Assembly: GCA_037441675.1 (NCBI GenBank) | Contig: JBBIRS010000006.1 | Span: 32,001 to 96,000 of the forward strand | DNA: 64,000 bases | Direction of reading: 5' to 3' | Source of the DNA: Planctomycetales bacterium | Lineage (GTDB): Bacteria > 4484-113 | Part shown: positions 53,310 to 63,625 of the stretch, one piece after another | Layout of the letters: the number at the start of each line of letters is the position of its first letter | Numbering within the stretch: position 1 is the first letter of the stretch | Position numbers and translations under genes: made by a program | Notes under the pieces: model-generated | What the model was told of the DNA's origin: nothing | What the model saw: the letters and a program-made list of their open reading frames with translations, nothing else | Databases searched by the model: none

Positions 53310-54320
53310 CTAATAAGTCCTTTTACCAAAAATCTCTTCAATTTGAACCTTAATAAAGATAGGGAAGTGGTAGCCTTTTCTATCTTCAAAGCTTCTCATT
53401 TCTTCTCTGGGCCGAACGTTGCCTGCTCCAAAAAGAGGCACATAAAGGGTAAAGCCCTGATAATCTTTTCTTGGCTGGTAAACGATAGTATAGGCGTTAT
53501 AGGGTTCGTGCCAATCTCTACCCTTTCTCCAGTCATTGGAGCAATCCACGCGGTCTCGTTGATCTCGGCACCGAACCATTTAAGAAGCTCTTCAATACTA
53601 ACAGGAACGCGCTTATTGAGAGCCCTGTACTTGAGGGCTAGCCACACTAGCGTTTCTTTTTTAGGTCATCGCTCCAAAGAATCTGTTCCAGCTCCGTACG
53701 GTCAGCTGCCCATACTGATAACAAATCGTAGTAATCTTTGGAGAAACGACCTGTCACAAAGTCCTCTTTCGTTAGCCCTTTGGAATACATCTCCGGAAAC
53801 TCAAGGGAGTCTTTGTACATCGCTTCTAGATATTTCTTCCGATTTTCTTCGTAAGCCGTAGAACCCGGCCTGTAATGCACTATCCTTGTTATGTGCTCTG
53901 GTTTATCCTTACCTGAAACCTTGAAAATCGCAGTTAATCTATCTCCTTCAATGATCCTGCTATCGGGTAAGTATGTTGTTTGTTTGTTGTTTGTTTAAAG
54001 AATAAGAAGCCAGCGTCTATCAGAGCTTGGTAAGAGTCTGGTAGCTCATCTTTTACTCTAATGTACCTTTCCATAGCTCTCTTAAACATCAGTAACCATT
54101 CAAAGGAAAATAATTCCGTTTCGGAGTACTCGGTAGAAATTGTAGTTCCCAATTCAAAATTCTTTGAAGCCTCCACTTCTTTGGGATGAGAGGAAAAATG
54201 AGAGACAAGGAAGATAAGGGTAAAAATGCCCATTAGGAAAAACAAGTTGAATAAAGTATTGCGAGAGTGTACGCGCTGAAAAATTTTCCAGTTATATACT
54301 TTACCGCCACTTTTATTCAT
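53310..54320 (-). pseudogene. Fragmented membrane-anchored protein (three frameshifts)
   Basis: SD GAGAGGTG before ATG 54320. Fragments join via an 11-bp duplication (53975-53996) and shifts near 53660 and 53505. Confidence 0.65.
53975..53996. repeat. 11-bp tandem duplication GTTGTTTGTTT x2
   Basis: Exact direct repeat read from the sequence. Confidence 0.9.
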
Positions 54321-54378
54321 CTTGGGTCACCTCTCAATCGTCTTTATTCACAATTTTGACTTTCGATTTCTTTCGACA

Positions 54379-54708
54379 TCACAAACAAGGACACTTTACG
54401 CGAAGTGCGCAGTACTCCACACCGCATAGAAAACCGAGCATAATTTCTTCTAAGACTGTGCAGGGTAACTCGTGGCCCTCAGCAATCTCCCAAGTAAAGC
54501 TGTCCCTGCACTCGACCGGAGTTTTTGCGATGATAATTGGTTCTCCATAATACTTACACTGAGTACCACCCGATATCACACACGTAGTGCTGTCTGATTC
54601 GCATTCCCAGTCATAAATTTGAATAGGACAATTTGAGTCTACAAGAATGACGCAATTCGTTCCTGCTATTTGGAGGGGAAACATGTCCATCTTCATACTA
54701 TCTGTCAT
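54379..54708 (-). CDS. Small cysteine-rich hypothetical protein (5' end probably damaged)
   Basis: 11 Cys in 109 aa; a signal-like hydrophobic stretch lies upstream in a different frame. Confidence 0.5.
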   Translation of the reverse strand: MTDSMKMDMFPLQIAGTNCVILVDSNCPIQIYDWECESDSTTCVISGGTQCKYYGEPIIIAKTPVECRDSFTWEIAEGHELPCTVLEEIMLGFLCGVEYCALRVKCPCL

Positions 54709-54956
54709 AGCCCTGCTTCAGACAACAAACTGCCATCAACAGTAATATACCTTAAGTACTTTTTTCCCAAGGAACAAATGTTTACTTTTGAGGTGGCTGT
54801 CGTTTACCATTCACTTTCCCGATAATTAGCTCTACTTCTCTCTTGGGCTTTCTTTACTTTACGTAAATTCCATCTAAAATCTAATTGTTACTAAGGTTCT
54901 CAGGGGTATTTTCGTGCAAACTGATGTTACTAATTAAAGGTATTAAGGAGTAAAAA

Positions 54957-55937
54957 ATGCGAGCGGTAGTATACTATGAATTTGGAAGTCCTGAAGTACT
55001 AAAATTGGTAGAAATTGACAAGCCAGAACCATCTGAAGGTGAAGTTCTCATTCGTCACGAGATGATTGGCGTTAACTTCGCGGATACCCTTCAGCGGAGG
55101 GGGATGTATGCCCGAGGCGGAATGGTGGATTTTCCAGCCATTCCCGGCTTGGAGGCGGTTGGTGTGATTGAAGCAGTCGGCGATGGAGTTGATGCGTCCC
55201 GTCTTGGCGAGCATGTTGTAGCTTTCTTTCCTAAACCTTGCGCTTATGCGGAGTACTCCGTATTGCCTGAAAAACTTGCAATCCCAATTCCTAGCGATAT
55301 TCCTTGGGATATAGCCTGCGCATTTCCAATTCAAGGTATGACCGCGTATTTTATGCTTCATCGTGTCCATCCAACGAGAAGGGGTGAAACGGTTTTGATA
55401 CACGCCTGCGCTGGTGGGGTAGGGCTACTAGCGATTCAAATGGCGAAGAACCTGGGCGCTTTTGCCATAGGAACTTGTTCCAGTGCGAAAAAGGCTGAAC
55501 TGGCGAGGAGTATGGGCGCGGATTATGTTATTGATTACACAGTGGAGAACTTTACCGAGAGGGTATTGGAATTCACAAATGGTCGCGGGGTAGATTTAAT
55601 TCTAGATTCTGTTGGCAAGGATACCTTTGAGAAGGGGCTCAGCATTCTTGCCCCGTTTGGCAGATTGATTCTCTACGGTTCTTCTAGCGGAACAGTTGAT
55701 TCAACTAACCCTCAGCTTTTGATGCGTGGAAGCAGAGGCGTGCATGGCTTTTGGCTTGTGACCGCGCGGGAAAATCCTGAGCTTGCTAGAGAAGGAGCAA
55801 ATGCGGTTCTAGGTATGTGGAAAAACGGCAAGCTCAAGTTCACAATTGAGGGTATTTATCCCATGGAGGAAGTGAGAGAAGTTCATCGGCGACTAGAAAA
55901 TCGACAGACTTTTGGCAAGCTTTTATTGAAGCCATAA
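54957..55937 (+). CDS. qor: NADPH:quinone oxidoreductase (zeta-crystallin/MDR family)
   Basis: IGVNFAD, PGLEAVG, HACAGGVG and GRGVDLILDSVG motifs; SD AAGGAG. Confidence 0.9.
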   Translation: MRAVVYYEFGSPEVLKLVEIDKPEPSEGEVLIRHEMIGVNFADTLQRRGMYARGGMVDFPAIPGLEAVGVIEAVGDGVDASRLGEHVVAFFPKPCAYAEYSVLPEKLAIPIPSDIPWDIACAFPIQGMTAYFMLHRVHPTRRGETVLIHACAGGVGLLAIQMAKNLGAFAIGTCSSAKKAELARSMGADYVIDYTVENFTERVLEFTNGRGVDLILDSVGKDTFEKGLSILAPFGRLILYGSSSGTVDSTNPQLLMRGSRGVHGFWLVTARENPELAREGANAVLGMWKNGKLKFTIEGIYPMEEVREVHRRLENRQTFGKLLLKP

Positions 55938-56094
55938 CTTGGGCATCAACTACCGCTCTCCATTAAATTTGGCAACAAAGCGCCCAATGGCTTATTCAAG
56001 GATAGCGTTCCACCCTTGCGAGGCTATATCCACTAGAATTATCTTTTGCTCGGCAACAGTGAACCTTCTGTTTATTCTGTTCGTTAGGGCAGGG

Positions 56095-56334
56095 TTATTC
56101 AACTGCAATGAGAGTTTCGGTGAGGAAGTTACCTTCCTTTCTGATAAATTCAGCAAACTTTGCAAATGAGTTCAATTTATCCGCACTGCAGGTAATCACG
56201 CCATCAAATCTCCCGAAGCAGTAAAGTACACTGTTAACCTCCACATCTTCAGCTTTTTTAGCAAGCTCTTGAAGTGCCTCTGAGCTAATTACTTCATAAC
56301 CCGGGCGAGCCTTTATTAGAATTACCGCTTTCAT
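56095..56334 (-). CDS. Stand-alone Lrp/AsnC-type ligand-binding domain protein
   Basis: MKAVILIK..PG, FGRFD and C-terminal TETLI; SD AAGGAGG. Confidence 0.75.
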   Translation of the reverse strand: MKAVILIKARPGYEVISSEALQELAKKAEDVEVNSVLYCFGRFDGVITCSADKLNSFAKFAEFIRKEGNFLTETLIAVE

Positions 56335-56507
56335 TTAACCTTTCCTCCTTAACTATTTTTAATCGTAATCTCCGTTTTCGAGGAGTTCAATTCTCCTAAC
56401 TTATAAATATGATAACAGGTCATATCCCACCTGACAAGAACTTTACCTGTGTGTATGGTCCTAAGTACCTATTGCTTATTTAGGAAAATAAATTAGAAAA
56501 TTTCTTT

Positions 56508-59370
56508 CTAACGATTTGCTTTAGTCAATTCTTTAACCTTGCTAACAAGCTCTATCGGTAGAAATGGTTTTTGAAGTAGCTCAACATTTTCCAGCAAAGC
56601 TTCATCTTTTAGTTCTTCTTTGGTGTAGCCGCTCATTAGAAGAATCGGAGTAGTTGGGCTAATCATCCTTATTTCACGTGCGCAATCAATCCCACCCATT
56701 TTGGGCATTACTACATCTAAAACAACAGCTGAAACAGTATGAATCTTTTTACCAAAATCATTTAGTAAGGCTTCACCGTTGTCATAGCATATGACATTGT
56801 ATCCGTAACCCTGAAGAATTCTTTCTATTAGCTCACGAATAATCGCCTCGTCTTCAGCTACTAGAATGGTTCCGGATCCAACAAGCATCTCCTTGGATTC
56901 TTCAAGAATTTCCTTCTTTTCTTCTCCAGCTTCAATCGGTAGGTATAGGCGAACTGTAGTCCCTTTTCCAAGCTCACTTTGACAGCTGGTCAGACCGTTG
57001 TGTTGTCGCACAATTCCAGCCACCATTGCCAGTCCTAGTCCGGTTCCTTCTCTAGGGGCTTTCGTGGTGAAGAAAGGTTCAAACACATGCCGTAATGTTT
57101 CTTCGTCCATTCCTATACCAGTGTCTTTTACGCTTATTACACAGTACTCTCCTTTCAGGTTTTGAAGTTAAGGGTTTCTAATCCAAAAGTGATCGGAAAG
57201 TGATAGGTCTCTTGTTTCTATTACTCCTAGCTCAAATGTTAGAGTTCCTCCAGATGGCATAGCATCTCTAGCGTTTACCGCTAGGTTCAAAAGCGCCTGC
57301 TCTAGAAGCCCTGCGTCTAAATTAGTGACAACCTTCTCCTCTGGCAATACAACTTTAATCTCAATATTCTCGCGAATCAGTCTCCTTGTAAGGCTGGCAA
57401 ATTCCGACAAGAATTGATTTAGGTTGGTAGGTTTCTTAGTTATTTCTCTACTTCCTGTAAATGTCAAAATTCTACTTGTCAGAGTTCTACCTCGTTCAAT
57501 AGTCGTGAGTATTCTTGTTATCTCGTCGCTAACAATGTTGTTCTCACTAAGTTTTCTCTTTAAGAGATCCGTATATCCTAAAATAGCAGTTAGCAGATTG
57601 TTGAAATCATGAGCCATTCCCCCTGCGAGTGTTCCCAGGGCTTAAATTCTTTGAGCCTTCGCCAATTGTTCAGTTAGTAGTTTCATCTTGCTCACATCTC
57701 GGATTATTAGTAACGCGGCGGGCTTTCCTTCATATGTAATCTTTACACTCGTGACGATAGTGTAAATGTTGGTGCCGTCTCGACTTATAAATCTGCCTTC
57801 TAAGCTGGGTGGAATACTTTCCTCATCCGCTACATTTGTTTCTAAAAGTTTAGTAATAAATTCTTCCGCAACCGCTCTATCTTCAGGATGGATGACTTTC
57901 AGCGCTGACATTCCTTCAAGTCTTTCTGGAAAGTTTATTCCAAACATTCTTGCCAGTTCATTATTAGCCGTAGCAATTTGACCTTCACAAACAAGCGCAA
58001 TACCACTGGGAGCTTTATTGAATAGAGTCCTATACCTTTCTTCTGATTCAGCTAGCTTTTCTGTTCTCTCAGCCACTAGCTTATCCAGTTGTTCCAGATG
58101 TTTCCTTAGATTCTCCTCCGCCTCAAGTCTTAAGTCCATCGTTGATTGAACTGCTCCGCAAGTATTCCTATCTCATCTTTTGAGGATACTTTGGCTCTAG
58201 CGCTTAACTCTCCTAGGCTGATTCTCACTGCTGCGTTTGCAATTTGTGCTATGGAACGTGTTGTAAATGAGCCAACAACATAAGCGAATGCAAGCCCAAG
58301 AGTCATAATCATAACAGTGATAACCGCTAGCCTAAGCGCAATTGTTCGCGACGGCTTGCTTGTTTCATCGGATGGTATCTGGATCATCACGTACCAAGTA
58401 GATGCTTTAACGTCATCTCTGGATGATGTAACCAATGCGGGAGCAACGAATATGTGCTTATCCTTTAACCTCAGAGTGCCGACGATTTTGTCATGTTCGA
58501 GTGCCTCAGCGATTAGGATTTTCGGACTATGACCCGCGGCAAATATGGGACTGTTATACTCCACTGGAAGTATCGCATTAAACCATATTGAATTTTCTTT
58601 CATCTGAGCAAAAAGGTAGTGTTTGAAATCTTCTGTGATGATTATCTCTGCTTTCTCAGAGCCAATTTCATATATAATAGGTTTAATTAGTTCCTCTAGC
58701 AGTTTTCCCAAATCAATGTAGATTATTACGAAACCTATCGGCTTCCTACTTTTTCATCCACAACTTTTGTAGCGGAACCTATGGTGAGGGTTCTTTGGCT
58801 GACTTCGCCATTTTCACCCGAGGGAATTTCCATTGGCGAAAGATAAACTCTCTTAAATGGTAAGTTCATAAACTCGTTAAAGAATGGCTCATTAGAAATA
58901 TTTTCAAGCTCGCTATCATTGGTAAATCTAGTAACTTTCCCATCAAAGTCCGCTCTAATGATCTCGTTTCCGTTTAGGTCTATATACCTGATGCGCTTGA
59001 TAATAAGGTGGACTTCCAGCATCAATTTGATAAGCTGTTTGCATTTAACCTTTAATCTGTTTAAGGTTTCATCTGAGCCGTAAACTTTTGAAGTTCCTAA
59101 ATTTCGTTCTAGTATTTGGATAACACATTCAGAATTCGCGAGGAGAAGGGTATGCTTGGAGGTTTCTTTTAGAATTTCTTTTACGTTGGCTGAAAGCTCA
59201 CGTACCCTTCCGCTATACTCCTGATCTATGAGGCGTATGGTTGTTCTGGAGGTTGATATTATGTCGACTGAGCCAAACGATATACCAGCTATAAGGGTAA
59301 GTATCAACAATAATAACGCAAATTTGCCCCTGATCGATAGTAGGTATTTAATTTTGGTCAATCTACTCAT
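56508..59370 (-). pseudogene. Hybrid sensor histidine kinase (Cache-HAMP-PAS-HisKA-HATPase-REC) broken into five pieces
   Basis: Frameshifts near 58752 and 58142. In-frame TAA at 57642 (AQRI*ALGTLAGGMAHDFNN) and 57168 (RNP*LQNLKGEY..DTGIGM). Confidence 0.88.
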
Positions 59371-59722
59371 AACTTTATTTGCTAAAGTGCTCTAGTTTTC
59401 TGAGATGAAATATATGAATAGAAATGAGGTAATCCTTTGACTGTTTTGGCAGTTTATTCCACTGAATGTAGGGCTTTTGAAGCAAAGGTTTTATTCCTAA
59501 CCTCACATTCCTGTGGCTCGTTGCTTTCCCTGGAAGAATTTTAGCCTTCCTGGTATTAAAATAAAATTTCATTATTATAATATACAGCTTGTTAACAACG
59601 GATGTGTAGATTCTTCCTAAAGCCGAGAAACTGAGGCGAAGTATCCAGTAAAGATTAAAAAGTAATTTTGGCTACCAAAGCACTTATCCTCTGAGTGATT
59701 GCCTCTTTGATAAACTTCTAAT

Positions 59723-61066
59723 GTGAGAAGTCGTATTTACTTCTTAGGATTTTTGTTTCTCTCCGCAATATTTTTAATAGTTATTTTGGTTAGTGTAAAG
59801 CTAAGTGATTTCCAGTCTCAACTCTTTGTGGGAAAGACTAAAAACAAACTAACCAAAATTGGCTTCACAAAAGATGGAGTAGAGATGCTAGGCGAGCTTC
59901 TCGCTAATACAGGTTATGAGGTGAAGCCTATAAGACTTGCGAGAAGGAATGAGATAAGGTATCACCTGAATGACAACACAATTGGGGTTGATGAACGATT
60001 AACGCTACTCTTCTGGGCGCTACTTCGGAAAATTGATATTTCCTATGAAACAGTGTTGGATATTGTAACAAATCAAGCAGAAGATCCTCTACATAGTGAT
60101 GACTGGGACTTTGTTCGCGCTAGGATAAGCGTCTTTTACTCTCATCCGCGTTCCGGTGGTTTTGAGCTTAAGACATTTCTTCCACTGGCAAAGAATTTCA
60201 CCTTATCCTCACTAGGATTAACCGAGGCGGACTTGGCAAAGGATAGTGAAACTATTTCTGGACTACTCAAGGACAAAAACTTGCTATATGTGTTATATGC
60301 GATTGGTGTTCTTTACTTAAACGATAGGTATCTTGAAAAAAATATTGCAAAAACTGAAATTAGTATGGGTCAAAAGGGTATTAGCTCTGATGATGGAATT
60401 AGTGGTACTTGGTGTGGAAGTTACGATAAGCTTTTGCCCTGCTTGAGTGAAATTAAAGATGTGAGACTTCGCCTTCCTCCACCTTTTTTATCTCCATTTG
60501 ACAGTTTTGAAAATCTTCCTCGCGAACTAAAGCAAACAGGAGAATCTGATTATCCATGGGAAAAGATAGATGCATACTCATTCCTTATTGCTTCCGAATG
60601 GAAAGACGATGCGCTTAGACGGTTTGTCCAGGGAGATGCCTCAGAGTTGATAGATTTAATAAATCTTCAAGTTGCATTTTTAAGACTAGAGCCCCCAACG
60701 AGCTTTAGCTTTTTACCAGCTCTAGAAGGTTTAGATGTATTGTTCAATGGGATATATGAAATTCTTGACATTGATTCTAACACTTCGGAAAGTGATAATT
60801 CCAAATCTGCGTTTGGCTTAAAAAAGCAGGATATAACTCTTCAGATAAGTAATGAACGCAAAAGATCAATAAAAGAAGTACTACAGAGTTTCAAGGAACT
60901 CAAGGATGAGCTAAGGCAGACTGCGGATATTTCCTTACAAGGTAGACTAATGAAGAGGGAGCTAATAAGCAAAGACCCAAGGACACTATTTGAGAAGCTT
61001 TACATCCAAGCTCGCTCTTATTTTATTCAACTCGCCATGGATATGATTGGACTACTTAAAGGTTAA
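59723..61066 (+). CDS. Hypothetical protein with N-terminal signal/anchor
   Basis: 447-aa intact ORF with a hydrophobic N-terminus; family not recognised. Confidence 0.7.
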   Translation: MRSRIYFLGFLFLSAIFLIVILVSVKLSDFQSQLFVGKTKNKLTKIGFTKDGVEMLGELLANTGYEVKPIRLARRNEIRYHLNDNTIGVDERLTLLFWALLRKIDISYETVLDIVTNQAEDPLHSDDWDFVRARISVFYSHPRSGGFELKTFLPLAKNFTLSSLGLTEADLAKDSETISGLLKDKNLLYVLYAIGVLYLNDRYLEKNIAKTEISMGQKGISSDDGISGTWCGSYDKLLPCLSEIKDVRLRLPPPFLSPFDSFENLPRELKQTGESDYPWEKIDAYSFLIASEWKDDALRRFVQGDASELIDLINLQVAFLRLEPPTSFSFLPALEGLDVLFNGIYEILDIDSNTSESDNSKSAFGLKKQDITLQISNERKRSIKEVLQSFKELKDELRQTADISLQGRLMKRELISKDPRTLFEKLYIQARSYFIQLAMDMIGLLKG

Positions 61067-61234
61067 AGAAATAGCACTTTTATAGGCGTTTTCTAATACG
61101 GCGGCACTTAAAAGGCGTTTATTCAATTACTAGAATAATGTATTTGCGATAAAAATGCCGATAGGAATAGCTGAACCCTTAAGCAAACTCCGTGAACACT
61201 TGCAAAGAGGGTTCTTCAATAGTACCTGCAACAA

Positions 61235-61981
61235 TTACTTGCCTCTTGCGGCAGAAAATCTATTAGCTACATCCTGCCAATTAACTACGTTCCACCACGC
61301 ATCCACGTATGCTCCGCGGTTGTTCTGGTATTTCAGGTAGTAAGCATGTTCCCATACATCAAGCATCAGAAGTGGGACCACCGCTCGCACGGTTTGGTTC
61401 TGATGATTTTCAGCTGTATAGATGAGAAGTTGATTACTCAGTTTATCCCAACCAAGAATTGCCCAACCGCTCCCTTCAACTGCTTTAGCTTCGGAGGAGT
61501 AGTGGGCTTTGAAATTGTTGAAGCTCCCAAAATCCTTGATAATTTGCTTTAACAGTTCGCCTTCAGGTTCTCCACCTCCGTTTGGACTCATATTTTCCCA
61601 AAATATGCAGTGATTTATGTGTCCACTAGCATGGAACGCAAGTTCACGCCCCCAGTGCTTAACCATGGAAAAATCATTATTCGCTCTTGCTTTTTCAAGA
61701 GCTTCCAAAGCGGTATTAGCGCCGTTGACATACGCAAGATGATGTTTATCGTGATGAAGGCGCATAGTTTGTTCATCAATGTGTGGCTCTAAAGCATTGT
61801 AATCATATGGTAGTGGTGGTAATTCGTATCTTGCCATTTTAATTTCCTCCTTCCTTTTATCTAAAGAATTAGTTAATATCGTCAGAGCCTTTATAGGCTT
61901 AAGCAACACTAAAGCAAATCCAGCAAGGCTTAATTCACTAATTGTTCTTATGAACTGCCTTCTGGTAAGAGAAAAATCCAT
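61235..61981 (-). CDS. sod: Fe/Mn superoxide dismutase with an in-frame Tat-like N-terminal extension
   Basis: LPPLPYDYNALEPHI, HHDKHH, GHINH and DVWEHAYY motifs. TRRQFI near the N-terminus; second start at 61837. Confidence 0.95.
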   Translation of the reverse strand: MDFSLTRRQFIRTISELSLAGFALVLLKPIKALTILTNSLDKRKEEIKMARYELPPLPYDYNALEPHIDEQTMRLHHDKHHLAYVNGANTALEALEKARANNDFSMVKHWGRELAFHASGHINHCIFWENMSPNGGGEPEGELLKQIIKDFGSFNNFKAHYSSEAKAVEGSGWAILGWDKLSNQLLIYTAENHQNQTVRAVVPLLMLDVWEHAYYLKYQNNRGAYVDAWWNVVNWQDVANRFSAARGK

Positions 61982-62095
61982 AAACCTACTCTGGCTAACA
62001 AAACTAATACTACCCTATGCCTAATGATTTTATCCTAAAATTATGAAACCTAGTTGCAGAAAAGAATGGCTCGCTTCAAGCTAATTTAGTCCTAC

Positions 62096-62623
62096 TTAGA
62101 TAAAACGCGCAATAGCGTCATATGGTTTCCTGGAGGATCTCACCTCAAGGTGTTTTGGCTTACCCACAGGGATTATTGCGACAGGTCTTTCATATTCTTT
62201 CAGAGCAAGAACATCACTGACTTTTCCCTCATCAAATGCCCCAACCCAGACCGAGCCATAGCCTAGACATTTAGCAGAGATCATCAGATTCATTCCCGCG
62301 CAAGCTGTATCTTGGATTGAATAAAGCTCTCGTCCCCGTTTCCCATATCTCCATTCGCTTTCTCTTGGAATTGCGCAAATAACAAAAACTACTGGTGCTT
62401 CCGCTATAAAATTCTGCTCATATGCTGATTGCGCTAACTTTCTTCGCACTTCCGCGTTGCTAACAACATAGAAACGCCAGGGTTGAAGGTTACCCGCGGA
62501 TGGCGCCCATCTCATAGCCTCAAGAAGGAGTTGAACGTGCTCTTCAGGTATCTTTTCATTTAGGAAAGCTCGGCAACTCTGCCTTTCCAGGATGCATTCC
62601 CTAATAAAATCCTCACCCTTCAT
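62096..62623 (-). CDS. Nitroreductase family protein
   Basis: RQSCRAF, APSAGNLQPW and GYGSVWVG motifs. Confidence 0.92.
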   Translation of the reverse strand: MKGEDFIRECILERQSCRAFLNEKIPEEHVQLLLEAMRWAPSAGNLQPWRFYVVSNAEVRRKLAQSAYEQNFIAEAPVVFVICAIPRESEWRYGKRGRELYSIQDTACAGMNLMISAKCLGYGSVWVGAFDEGKVSDVLALKEYERPVAIIPVGKPKHLEVRSSRKPYDAIARFI

Positions 62624-62681
62624 CCTTCCTCCCAAATGTTGGTTATTTCAATATACGCTAATGTTTCAAGCATCACTCTCG

Positions 62682-63599
62682 TTATTTAGGCGCACACTCA
62701 AAAAGGAATTTGGCGGATTCCTCAACCTCGTCATAACGAGTGAGTTTATCCAACCATCTTTTAGGAATACTGTTAATGCCAAGTTTTGCTCCAAGCAATG
62801 CGCCAGTAACTGCGCCTGTTGTATCCGCATCATGTCCGAGGGATACTGCCTCAATTAGCGCTTCTTCAAAACTCTGGGAGTTAAATAGAAACCAGAAGGC
62901 AGTTTGAAGGGTATCAAGTACAAACCCCCCCGTTTGAAGTTCTTCTAGTTCTGTGGTTGGAATGCTTTCAATTCTTTTGGCGACTGCGGGATTCATCCCC
63001 CTTGCCCAGGTGAAAACGTCATCGAATGAAATATCATCTCCCAAACTAAGAAAAGCAATAGTGTGGTCAATGAGCGAGGCTGAATCTAAGCATCTTGGAT
63101 CGCCATGGGTAATGCTCGCAACTGCTTTTGAAGCTTCAGTTCTTCTTTCAAAGCTTGCTCTTCTGAGGTACAAGCCGATCGGTGGGGTTCTCATTATACA
63201 ACTATTTCCCGCTAGCCAACCTCCACTTTCCTTCCATACAGTTCTACCCGCCTCTTCGGGTGGAACGCCTCTCATCAATGCTTCAATTGCTTGGTAGGTT
63301 TGTCCGCCTATATCTTTTGGCTGAGTTTTCATCCACATAATTAAGCCATTTGCAATTTCATTAAGGTCAATTCCACCTGCTTGCTGGATTGCTTTCGTGA
63401 TAATAAGTGCAAGCTCGGTATCGTCAGTGAATTCTCCCGGTCTTAAGTTTAGCCAGCCTCCCCCTATCATTTCCTTTATCTTCCCATACTTCTGTCTTAC
63501 TTCTTCTCGGGGTATTCCCTCTAACGGTGCTCCTAATGCGTCTCCTACCGCGAGCCCAAATATACAGCCGAATACTCTATCTCTTTCCCCCACTTCCAT
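62682..63599 (-). CDS. ADP-ribosylglycohydrolase (DraG/ARH family)
   Basis: GLAVGDALG, FTDDT, GNSCIMR, ITH and GHDADTTGAVTG motifs. Confidence 0.92.
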   Translation of the reverse strand: MEVGERDRVFGCIFGLAVGDALGAPLEGIPREEVRQKYGKIKEMIGGGWLNLRPGEFTDDTELALIITKAIQQAGGIDLNEIANGLIMWMKTQPKDIGGQTYQAIEALMRGVPPEEAGRTVWKESGGWLAGNSCIMRTPPIGLYLRRASFERRTEASKAVASITHGDPRCLDSASLIDHTIAFLSLGDDISFDDVFTWARGMNPAVAKRIESIPTTELEELQTGGFVLDTLQTAFWFLFNSQSFEEALIEAVSLGHDADTTGAVTGALLGAKLGINSIPKRWLDKLTRYDEVEESAKFLFECAPK

Positions 63600-63625
63600 C
63601 TTGGTCAAAATTATAGCACTATCAT

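Noticed and set aside
53250..53861. 203-aa ORF on the + strand
   Set aside because: Antisense to the reconstructed minus-strand pseudogene; no RBS or motif.
34740..57644. Stop-codon reassignment (three in-frame TAA in two kinases, one at a conserved Glu)
   Set aside because: TAA ends intact genes here (rplA, rplJ, nusG, nuoM), core genes have no internal stops, and the same kinase also has frameshifts. Pseudogenisation explains it better.
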